This document shows, piece after piece, positions 24,617 to 31,367 of a stretch of 39,069 bases of DNA; positions within the stretch are counted from its first letter, which is position 1; each line of letters opens with the position of its first letter. Made by a program: the position numbers and the translations under genes. This stretch comes from an uncultured Methanosarcinales archaeon (lineage in GTDB: Archaea > Nanobdellota > Nanobdellia > Woesearchaeales > UBA10107). The DNA is taken from NCBI GenBank assembly GCA_964572885.1, contig CAZNFC010000001.1:1-39069 (forward strand), given 5' to 3'. The notes beneath the pieces were generated by a model. The model was not told where the DNA came from and did no database searches. It worked only from the letters and a program-made list of their open reading frames with translations.

Positions 24617-25354
24617 TTATTTTTTGCGTTTCGCGCCTTCGGCGCTCACAGACGAACGCACCCCACGAGAGAGGCCAAAGTTGCCGAAGTCGAAGTCGTC
24701 GTAGCCATAGACATGGAACCTACCGTTGATGTGGTCGAACCTGACAGCCCTTTCAGGGTATGATTTTCTTGAGCTTTGGTCTGGTGTCCAAAGTGCAATC
24801 TTTTCTGGATTCATTTGAGATAAATGTTCAAGTGTTTCTGCGATTTTCTTATCACTATCTTTTGTATTAAACAATGCTTGCAAATAAGCAACTGTTTCTT
24901 TTGATTTTAATGCTTCTGTTAATCTTGTTCCTTCATATCTTGGAACAACTTTAAGTTCAATTACTGTCGGCTTTACAATAGTGCTTCCGAAATTATGAGT
25001 TATTTTTGCGCCTAAATCATTTGGATTATATGAATTTCTTGTGCTTGTTACTTCCCAATTATCGTTGAAATCTTTTCTTAAGGAGTCAAGGACTTCTTTT
25101 GGAGCTGAAACAGCTCTGTATACATCAGGAGCTGAAATCATTTGTCTTTTTTGCTCATTAAAATATGCAATCCAGTCCTTTTGCGTTAAACGTCTTCCGT
25201 CTAATGCTGGTAAAGAATCTATTGAAACTAATCCATTTGAAGAAACTGGCAATGAATTTAAGTATTGAACAACTGCTTGGGATAAATCTCCCTTTCTAGC
25301 CTTTTGAGCTAATTCGTATGCTTTGTTGCTTACTGGTATTTTGAGTGTTTTCAT
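24617..25354 (-). CDS. DGR variable (target) protein, 245 aa, VR at C-terminus; no obvious signal peptide
   Basis: ATG ORF with an AGGTGG Shine-Dalgarno sequence about 8 nt upstream. The C-terminal ...ERAVRFDHINGRFHVYGYDDFDFGNFGLSRGVRSS corresponds to the TR-encoded AVRFNHNNGRFHVNGNNNFDNNNGHSR. Confidence 0.9.
   Translation of the reverse strand: MKTLKIPVSNKAYELAQKARKGDLSQAVVQYLNSLPVSSNGLVSIDSLPALDGRRLTQKDWIAYFNEQKRQMISAPDVYRAVSAPKEVLDSLRKDFNDNWEVTSTRNSYNPNDLGAKITHNFGSTIVKPTVIELKVVPRYEGTRLTEALKSKETVAYLQALFNTKDSDKKIAETLEHLSQMNPEKIALWTPDQSSRKSYPERAVRFDHINGRFHVYGYDDFDFGNFGLSRGVRSSVSAEGAKRKK
24626..24659 (-). promoter_or_regulatory. GC-rich hairpin just 3' of VR (IMH/cruciform-like target-recognition element candidate)
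   Basis: Coding strand GCGTT cgtctgtga GCGCC gaa GGCGC ga AACGC. The inner 5-bp GC stem with a GAA loop is at 24633-24645 and the outer arms are at 24626-24630 / 24655-24659. It is present next to the VR only, not next to the TR. Confidence 0.55.
24664..24750 (-). repeat. DGR variable repeat (VR)
   Basis: Coding strand GGGCTGTCAGGTTC GAC CAC ATC AAC GGT AGG TTC CAT GTC TAT GGC TAC GAC GAC TTC GAC TTC GGC AAC TTT GGC CTC TCT CGT G. It has 11 substitutions versus the TR, all at TR adenines, plus one extra codon. Confidence 0.9.
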
Positions 25355-25474
25355 TTCATAACCACCTAAACCTGGTAGGTAACACTCATATATAAATCTT
25401 TCGTATTATGACTACTATTTAGTAACAACTAATTAACCACAAAACATATAAACTATAGTATTATAGTCTATAAT

Positions 25475-25615
25475 ATGAAGATGCTCAGGATAGATGACAA
25501 AATCGCTAAGGAGCTGGATGAGCTTAAAGAGTTCTACAGAGTCAATTCATATGATGAAGTCATCAGAATGTTAATCAAGAAAATCAACGGCGAAACAATA
25601 GAAATAATCGTATAA
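25475..25615 (+). CDS. small VapB/RHH-like antitoxin paralogue (46 aa)
   Basis: Hand translation gives MKMLRIDDKIAKELDELKEFYRVNSYDEVIRMLIKKINGETIEIIV. It shares the I.L.(D/E)..(K).L...K.....(Y/F)DE.IR.L pattern with the next ORF and is below the ORF-track cut-off. Confidence 0.55.
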   Translation: MKMLRIDDKIAKELDELKEFYRVNSYDEVIRMLIKKINGETIEIIV

Positions 25616-25619
25616 CAAA

Positions 25620-25820
25620 ATGGCAACAACAATAGCGCTAAAGGAAGAAACGAAAGACATTTTGGAGCATGCAAAAGAAGAGTTAAAAGCAGAAACTTTT
25701 GATGAAGCAATAAGGAAATTAGTCATCAACATGAAAAGGACGAGAATCTCTTTCTTTGGGATAGGGAAAGGAAAGATCAAGGGAGAATTTGTGAGGGAAG
25801 AAATTGACCGTTTTGCTTGA
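25620..25820 (+). CDS. vapB: VapB-type antitoxin
   Basis: MATTIALKEETKDILEHAKEELKAETFDEAIRKLV... is typical of archaeal small antitoxins. It overlaps the PIN toxin gene by 17 nt. Confidence 0.65.
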   Translation: MATTIALKEETKDILEHAKEELKAETFDEAIRKLVINMKRTRISFFGIGKGKIKGEFVREEIDRFA

Positions 25821-26175
25821 TTCTTGGGCTTGGATTGAATATATCAAGGGCTCTAAATTCGGAAACGAAGTTAGGAGATATATAGAGGACGATGAAGAAA
25901 TAATAATCAGTTCAATAAATGTTTCAGAGATATATAGAAAACTTCTTGTAGATATGCCTGATGATGCAGACAAAATTATTACGATGGTATTGAATAGGTC
26001 TTTCTTTGTTTTTTCTGATGTTGAAATATCTCTGAATGCTGCCAAAATAAAGCATGAAAAAAAGATGGGCATGGCTGATGCAATTGTATTGGCGACAGCG
26101 ATGTCACATAAAGCAACAGTTATTACAGGAGATAATGATTTCAGAGGATTGGACAATGTCAAAATCATATCTTAA
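25804..26175 (+). CDS. vapC: PIN-domain ribonuclease toxin VapC
   Basis: VLLDSWAWIEY (first acidic Asp), SINVSEIY, MGMADAIVLATA and VITGDNDF give the four-acidic-residue PIN layout. The start codon is TTG. Confidence 0.85.
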   Translation: MTVLLDSWAWIEYIKGSKFGNEVRRYIEDDEEIIISSINVSEIYRKLLVDMPDDADKIITMVLNRSFFVFSDVEISLNAAKIKHEKKMGMADAIVLATAMSHKATVITGDNDFRGLDNVKIIS

Positions 26176-27019
26176 CATAATTATTTTAATATTCCTTTTT
26201 ATCCCATTAGCATCAGCTTCCTATGCCCCTTCTTCATCATTTCCTAAGGAGACATTATTCTTCGATAGATTAGTCGCAAATAATGAGCAGATTAAATTAA
26301 TCAATAATGAAGAAATTTTATTCACAAGCATCGGAATAACAACGAACCAAGACATAACAAGGGCAAGAATAATAGTCCAGGCGATGCCTGACTGCCCTGA
26401 GAATGCTCCATATCAGAAAAACGTATTGCAGTGCTTCTTTGTAAGCTCTAATTTCAATGAAGACAATATAACAAATTTAGAGATCATATTCAAAGTTCCG
26501 AAAGAATGGATAAAAGCGAATAACTTCGATAAAAACACACTGCAATTAAAAAGATATTCCTATTCATGGAATGAGAATATGCATGGAAAGCTCAGCAACT
26601 GGAAAAGTGAGAAAACATCATTGGAAAATGAAGATGAAAACTATTATTACTACAAAACAATCTCAGATGGGATAGACTATTTCAGCATAGTCGGAATTGA
26701 AAAGCAAAATAAAGCATCATCAAATAAGATAACAACAAATGCAATCATAGGCAACGATGATCAATCAATAGAGATAATAAAATCTGTGCATAACACATCA
26801 AGCAACTATATCTTGATTTTCTTGATCGGTATAGGCTTGATGATAACTGTGACATCAATACCTAAATCAACTCTGCAAAAAAATCAGTCAACATTCCAGA
26901 TACTTTCGACATACATCAAATCTTCAGATATGGAAGAGAAAATGATAAAGCATGAGCTTAAGAAAGCCGGATGGCAAGAATGGCAGATTCAGCTCGCTTT
27001 TAATGAGACTAAGAGATAA
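26156..27019 (+). CDS. secreted PGF-pre-PGF-like domain surface protein with C-terminal TM helix
   Basis: The start is trimmed to ATG 26156 (MSKSYLNIIILIFLFIPLASAS signal peptide). NLEIIFKVPKEWIKANNFDKNTLQLKRYSYSWNE...YYYYKTISDGIDYFSIVG matches the archaeal PGF-pre-PGF pattern (I.F.V.k.Wi....id...i.L.RY...W..l......d...yY.a...gfS.FaI.G). The TM helix is ILIFLIGIGLMITVTSI. Confidence 0.6.
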   Translation: MSKSYLNIIILIFLFIPLASASYAPSSSFPKETLFFDRLVANNEQIKLINNEEILFTSIGITTNQDITRARIIVQAMPDCPENAPYQKNVLQCFFVSSNFNEDNITNLEIIFKVPKEWIKANNFDKNTLQLKRYSYSWNENMHGKLSNWKSEKTSLENEDENYYYYKTISDGIDYFSIVGIEKQNKASSNKITTNAIIGNDDQSIEIIKSVHNTSSNYILIFLIGIGLMITVTSIPKSTLQKNQSTFQILSTYIKSSDMEEKMIKHELKKAGWQEWQIQLAFNETKR

Positions 27020-27090
27020 TATCCACAGTATCCACAGACCACAAGACAACCGCGCGTGAGATATTTAAACCATCAAATTCTTTATTTCTT

Positions 27091-27270
27091 ATGAAAATAA
27101 ATAAAAAGCATTTCATTAAGAAATGGGAAGTATCAATCATAGAATTCAAAGATAGCGAAGGAAAACTCTACAAGGTAACAAGAAGCATCCCTGAATTAAA
27201 AGTATCTGAAACAAAAATATTCAGATCTCTTAACATTGCAAAAAAGAAATTCAATGAATGGCTAAGCTAA
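27091..27270 (+). CDS. hypothetical protein (59 aa)
   Basis: Hand translation gives MKINKKHFIKKWEVSIIEFKDSEGKLYKVTRSIPELKVSETKIFRSLNIAKKKFNEWLS. TATTTAAA lies 22-29 nt upstream. It is just under the ORF-track cut-off. Confidence 0.45.
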   Translation: MKINKKHFIKKWEVSIIEFKDSEGKLYKVTRSIPELKVSETKIFRSLNIAKKKFNEWLS

Positions 27271-27567
27271 TACTTTAATTTTAGACAATAAAGCATCCTT
27301 AAGCTCAGGCTGGCCGTAAGTATAGACATCTGGGATGTCCAGAGAGATTATTCTCTTTTTCAGATACAGATCAGGGAACCTATCGGATAATTCTTTCCTT
27401 TGAAAATCTTCCATGACGACAATCACATCTGCCCACTCGATCTGCTTTTTTGCAACAGGAACATCATTGAACAGCCCTGCCGATTTTGTCTCGAACTTAA
27501 ACCTAAATAGCTCTTCAGCCATCTTGCTTCTGTTCTGGTTTTGGTTGCAGATGAATAATACTTTCAT
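27262..27567 (-). CDS. low-molecular-weight phosphotyrosine phosphatase/ArsC-like protein
   Basis: MKVLFICNQNQNRSKMAE contains the C-x5-R-S P-loop. ATG 27567 is chosen because a TATA-type box (27591-27598) lies 24-31 nt upstream. Confidence 0.75.
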   Translation of the reverse strand: MKVLFICNQNQNRSKMAEELFRFKFETKSAGLFNDVPVAKKQIEWADVIVVMEDFQRKELSDRFPDLYLKKRIISLDIPDVYTYGQPELKDALLSKIKVLA

Positions 27568-27611
27568 AACATTCAATTATCCTTAAAAGGCTATAAATCT
27601 TTGCCGTAACC

Positions 27612-27619
27612 TTTATAAA
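27612..27619 (+). promoter_or_regulatory. TATA box (TTTATAAA) for the S19e-L39e-L31e-Cbf5 string
   Basis: Lies 23-30 nt upstream of ATG 27642. Confidence 0.5.
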
Positions 27620-27641
27620 TGACCATAGAAGCAGAAATAAC

Positions 27642-28079
27642 ATGACAACAGTATTTGAAGTTGATGCTAACGAATTGATAAAGAAAGCAGCTAAAGAGTT
27701 AGAGTCAAACCCTGAATTCAAGGCTCCGGAATGGGCAAAATTCGTAAAGACAGGAGTCTCAAGACAAAGACCTCCTCAAGATAAGAATTGGTGGCCTTCA
27801 AGAGCAGCTGCAGTTCTAAGAACAGTTTATACTCAAGGTCCAGTCGGAACAAACAGATTGAGAGTCAAGTACGGCGGATTGAAAAACATGGGTTACGCTC
27901 CTGAGAGACCAAAGAAAGGTTCAGGATCAATCGCAAGAAAAATATTGCAGCAATTGGAAAAAGCAGGATTTGTAAAACAAGATCACAAAGGAAATCATAA
28001 AGGAAGAGTAGTAACTCCTGCAGGAAAGAAATTCCTTGACAAGATAGCGACTCAAATAACAAACGAGAGCAAAAAATAA
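27642..28079 (+). CDS. rps19e: 30S ribosomal protein S19e
   Basis: VFEVDANELIKKAAKELE...PEWAKFVKTGVSRQRPPQDKNWWPSRAAAVLRTVY...GSGSIARKILQQLEKAGFV is canonical S19e. Confidence 0.95.
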   Translation: MTTVFEVDANELIKKAAKELESNPEFKAPEWAKFVKTGVSRQRPPQDKNWWPSRAAAVLRTVYTQGPVGTNRLRVKYGGLKNMGYAPERPKKGSGSIARKILQQLEKAGFVKQDHKGNHKGRVVTPAGKKFLDKIATQITNESKK

Positions 28080-28252
28080 TGGCAAGATACATGACTAAAG
28101 GAAGAAAGATAAGACTTTCAAAGCATGGAAGGCAGACAAAATGGGCTCCGTTCTGGATAATCCCGAAGATTTATGGAAAGACAAGAAGAGTCCATCCGGG
28201 AAGAAAGACATACGTAAAGAGAAATTGGAGAAGGTCAAGGACTAACGCTTAA
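28079..28252 (+). CDS. rpl39e: 50S ribosomal protein L39e
   Basis: Hand translation gives MARYMTKGRKIRLSKHGRQTKWAPFWIIPKIYGKTRRVHPGRKTYVKRNWRRSRTNA. It overlaps the S19e stop (TAATG) and is missed by the ORF track (57 aa). Confidence 0.85.
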   Translation: MARYMTKGRKIRLSKHGRQTKWAPFWIIPKIYGKTRRVHPGRKTYVKRNWRRSRTNA

Positions 28253-28253
28253 G

Positions 28254-28760
28254 ATGGCAAACTTAGAAAGAATATACACAATACCATTGAGAAAACAGGC
28301 AATGAAGGTTCCTATGTACAGGAGAGCAAAAAAAGCTGTAAGGACAGTAAGAGAATTCCTTTCTAAACATATGAAATCAGATGATGTAAGATTAGGTTCG
28401 ATGCTTAACTTGGAGTTGTGGAAGAGAGGAATGAAAAATCCGCCTATGATAATAAAGGTTACCGCAGTCAAAGATGACAAAGGAGCAGTAAAGGCGGAAT
28501 TGTTTGGACACAAATATGTTGATAAGAAGAAAACAGAAAAAGTTGAAAAGTCAAAGTTAGAGCAGTTAAAGGAAAAGATGATGGGCAAGGAAGCAGAGCA
28601 TAATAAAGAAGCGATAGAGCACATACATGAGCATGAAGGACATGACCATACGTCGCATGAAAAGCCTGCCATGCATGAAAAGAAACAGGATGCTGCAATA
28701 GAAAAAGAAAGAAAAGTGACTTCTGGTACAAAGAAAGGCGGAATCAGAGATAAGAATTAA
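28254..28760 (+). CDS. rpl31e: 50S ribosomal protein L31e with a roughly 80-aa Lys/Glu/His-rich C-terminal extension
   Basis: The N-terminal 85 aa (ERIYTIPLRK...RRAKKAVRTVREFLSKHMKSDDVRLGSMLNLELWKRGMKNPPMIIKV) are canonical L31e. The tail contains EHIHEHEGHDHTSHEKPAMHEKK. Confidence 0.9.
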   Translation: MANLERIYTIPLRKQAMKVPMYRRAKKAVRTVREFLSKHMKSDDVRLGSMLNLELWKRGMKNPPMIIKVTAVKDDKGAVKAELFGHKYVDKKKTEKVEKSKLEQLKEKMMGKEAEHNKEAIEHIHEHEGHDHTSHEKPAMHEKKQDAAIEKERKVTSGTKKGGIRDKN

Positions 28761-28791
28761 TTTTCATATTCACCTATATTAGAGTATAAAC

Positions 28792-29778
28792 ATGAAACTA
28801 CCTTTTGAAGAAGTAAATAGAAGAATTCAGATCAAGAAACAGACAGAGACTTCTGATAAATTTGGATTGAATCCTGAACAAAGGTCAGTTGATAAACTGT
28901 TAGACTATGGAGTTGTAAATATAGATAAGCCAGCAGGACCTACATCACATCAAGTCTCTTCTTACGTCAAAAATATCTTAAAGTTAAGCAAAGCTGGGCA
29001 TTCCGGAACATTGGATCCTAATGTGACTGGAGTATTGCCTGTAGCTTTAGGAAGATCGACAAAAATAGTGCAGGCATTGCTTATCGCAGGAAAGGAATAT
29101 GTATGCATAATGCATCTCCATGATGAAGTTCCTGAAAATAAGATAAAGGAAGTTTTCCAGGAATATCTTGGAAAGATAATGCAATTGCCTCCATTAAAAT
29201 CAGCAGTTAAAAGACAATTAAGAGAAAGAAGCATATACTATTCAGAAATACTTGAGATAGACGGAAGAGATGTCTTATTCAAAGTCGGCTGCGAAGCAGG
29301 GACTTACATAAGAAAATTATGCACAGATATCGGAAAAAGCCTGAAGACAAATGCCCATATGGCTGAATTGAGAAGAACAAAAGCCGGACCGTTCAATGAA
29401 TCAACATCAGTCACATTGCAGGATCTAAGCGATGCATATGCATACTGGAAAGAAGACGGAAATGAAACTCCTATAAGAAGATGTATACAGCCGTTGGAAA
29501 ATGCTGTGAATCATGTGCCAAAAATATGGGTGACTGATTATACTGTGAATCCATTATGCCATGGCGCGGCATTGAACGTTCCCGGAATAGCAAAACTAAA
29601 TTCAGGAATAAGCAAAGACGATAAAGTTGCAGTCATGACGTTGAAAGGTGAGCTTATCGCGATAGGCACTGCAAGATTGAGTTCTGATGAGATGATGAGA
29701 AACAACAAAGGACTTTGCGTCCTGATTGACGCTGTTTTCATGGATCCTGGAACATATCCAAAGATGATTAAGAAGTAG
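28792..29778 (+). CDS. cbf5: H/ACA RNP pseudouridine synthase Cbf5 (TruB family, with PUA domain)
   Basis: GVVNIDKPAGPTSHQV...AGHSGTLDPNVTGVLPVALGRSTK contains the catalytic Asp motif GTLDP. The C-terminal PUA region is PKIWVTDYTVNPLCHGAALNVPGI. Confidence 0.95.
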   Translation: MKLPFEEVNRRIQIKKQTETSDKFGLNPEQRSVDKLLDYGVVNIDKPAGPTSHQVSSYVKNILKLSKAGHSGTLDPNVTGVLPVALGRSTKIVQALLIAGKEYVCIMHLHDEVPENKIKEVFQEYLGKIMQLPPLKSAVKRQLRERSIYYSEILEIDGRDVLFKVGCEAGTYIRKLCTDIGKSLKTNAHMAELRRTKAGPFNESTSVTLQDLSDAYAYWKEDGNETPIRRCIQPLENAVNHVPKIWVTDYTVNPLCHGAALNVPGIAKLNSGISKDDKVAVMTLKGELIAIGTARLSSDEMMRNNKGLCVLIDAVFMDPGTYPKMIKK

Positions 29779-30346
29779 ATTTATGTTCCTCAACTTCTTT
29801 TTTTACAATTTCCATGTCTTTCTCCCATTCAGTTATAAGATTTCTGTTATAGATTATGGCTGCTGGATGGAATAAAGGAATAAGTTTTATCGTCATTCCA
29901 TCTATATCAATCATTTTTACCTTGCCGTGCACCTGTGTTATTCCAGGCTGTTTGTCCATTCCATCAGGATCGCATCCTGCTAAAAAGAATTTTGTAGCGT
30001 AATTTCCTAAAGAACAGATAACTTTCGGCTTCATCTCTTTTATCTGTTTCATCAGCCACGGCGTATGTTTCTTGATTTCTTCTGAAGAAGGATTCCTGTT
30101 TTCAGGAGGACGGCATTTGAGAATATTAGCGATGTAAATTTCATTTGTACTTAATCCTACATTTGCTAATAATTTATCAAGGTTCTTTCCAGCTGCTCCA
30201 ACAAATGGCAACCCTTGCTCATCCTCGTTTGCACCTGGAGCTTCTCCTACAAATAATATATTCGACTTGAAATTTCCTCTTCCAATGACTATATTCTTGC
30301 AGTTCCTGCATATATCTGTACTTTTCGCAAGTTCTATCTCGTCCAT
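29768..30346 (-). CDS. udg: uracil-DNA glycosylase, family 4
   Basis: CRNC...FVGEAPGANEDEQGLPFVGAAGKNLDKLL...ANILKCRPPENRNP...HPAAIIY are family-4 UDG motifs (GEAPG, FVG.AG, HP). Confidence 0.9.
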   Translation of the reverse strand: MDEIELAKSTDICRNCKNIVIGRGNFKSNILFVGEAPGANEDEQGLPFVGAAGKNLDKLLANVGLSTNEIYIANILKCRPPENRNPSSEEIKKHTPWLMKQIKEMKPKVICSLGNYATKFFLAGCDPDGMDKQPGITQVHGKVKMIDIDGMTIKLIPLFHPAAIIYNRNLITEWEKDMEIVKKEVEEHKSTS

Positions 30347-30597
30347 AAGGAAAAAACATGAAGTTCTTGTATATAAATATGTCAGAAATAATGCCGCCCT
30401 GCGATGAAGGCAGCATTGCGATGTAATTATCTTCTTGATTTCTTGGATTTCTTTCCAGATTTCTTTTTAGCTTTAGCCATTTAGTGACACCTCGTTTTTG
30501 ATGATAAATGAACTGAAGTATTTAAATGGTAGTTTAATTGAATTTTACTGGATAAAATAACAAAAATTTAAAAAGAATCAATCTAAACATCAACAAT

Positions 30598-31119
30598 ATG
30601 AAAGGGAGTGGAGTTAAAAAATGGTTATTGGCAATAGGTATTGCAATAATATTCACTCTTTTCGTCAATTATGGAATATCTACATTTTTCCATGCTCCTG
30701 ATTATAACAATTATTGCAGACATAATCAGACAGAATTGAATTATAGCGATAAGGATGTTTGCATCTCTAATGGAGGACAATGGACAAACAATGCAGGGTA
30801 TGCAAAACCTATTCCTGAAGGATATCAGACAGGATACTGTGACATTGATTTCACATGCAGGAAATTATTTGATGACGCTCAAAAGATATATGATGACAGG
30901 TCATTTATTGTGATGGTGATCGCAGGATTCATAGGACTGGTCCTTGGAGTTGTTGTTGCTACTGAAAGCGTAAGCTCAGGATTCCTTTTGGGAGGAATAT
31001 TGAATCTTTTCTTCGCGACTGTAAGATACTGGGATAGATTCTCAGATGTGATAAGATTCATACTTCTTGGGGTTGTACTTCTCGTACTTGTATGGATAGG
31101 TTACAAGAAATTAAAATGA
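30598..31119 (+). CDS. membrane protein (173 aa), Cys-containing extracellular loop
   Basis: N-terminal TM helix and three C-terminal helices. I recognise no family. Confidence 0.55.
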   Translation: MKGSGVKKWLLAIGIAIIFTLFVNYGISTFFHAPDYNNYCRHNQTELNYSDKDVCISNGGQWTNNAGYAKPIPEGYQTGYCDIDFTCRKLFDDAQKIYDDRSFIVMVIAGFIGLVLGVVVATESVSSGFLLGGILNLFFATVRYWDRFSDVIRFILLGVVLLVLVWIGYKKLK

Positions 31120-31274
31120 CAAATTACAAGAAACTGGCTGTTTGGTTATTGATTGCTTTTCTATTTGTTAATCTTGTCGTATTTGCATTGAAATTGATAT
31201 CAACATTGTTGTTTTGGACAATCATAATCGTCATCGGGATAATCGCATACAAAGGTTTAAATAAGTCAAAATAG
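31116..31274 (+). CDS. small two-helix membrane protein (52 aa)
   Basis: ATG 31116 overlaps the upstream stop (ATGA). Sequence is MTNYKKLAVWLLIAFLFVNLVVFALKLISTLLFWTIIIVIGIIAYKG. Confidence 0.45.
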   Translation: MTNYKKLAVWLLIAFLFVNLVVFALKLISTLLFWTIIIVIGIIAYKGLNKSK

Positions 31275-31367
31275 CGCCACAGAGTCCAGGGTGGCAGTTT
31301 GTGAAGACAAATGTAGTCACTAGTTAGTGACAAAATATTCGAAAGGTTTAAATAGGAGTGATACTTT

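Larger units (their letters stand above)
23130..25354 (-). mobile_element. diversity-generating retroelement (DGR) cassette: target gene with VR - structured spacer - TR - RT
   Basis: A DGR-type RT sits adjacent to an 84/87-nt repeat pair in which all substitutions fall on adenines of the RT-proximal copy. See component features. Confidence 0.9.

Noticed and set aside
26054-26155. N-terminal 34 codons of track ORF 26054..27019
   Set aside because: They lie inside the vapC coding region in another frame. The signal peptide starts at ATG 26156, which is the more sensible start.
25571-26168. Minus-strand ORFs 25571..25780 and 25719..26168
   Set aside because: They are antisense to the VapB/VapC genes, which have clear family motifs.
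27021-27038. Tandem 9-mer ATCCACAGT ATCCACAGA just after the surface-protein stop codon
   Set aside because: There are only two imperfect copies and no further structure or context, so it is likely chance or a trivial duplication.
28235-28731. Minus-strand ORFs antisense to L31e (145 aa and 87 aa)
   Set aside because: The plus strand encodes an unmistakable L31e. The antisense translations are Cys/Ser/Phe-rich nonsense.
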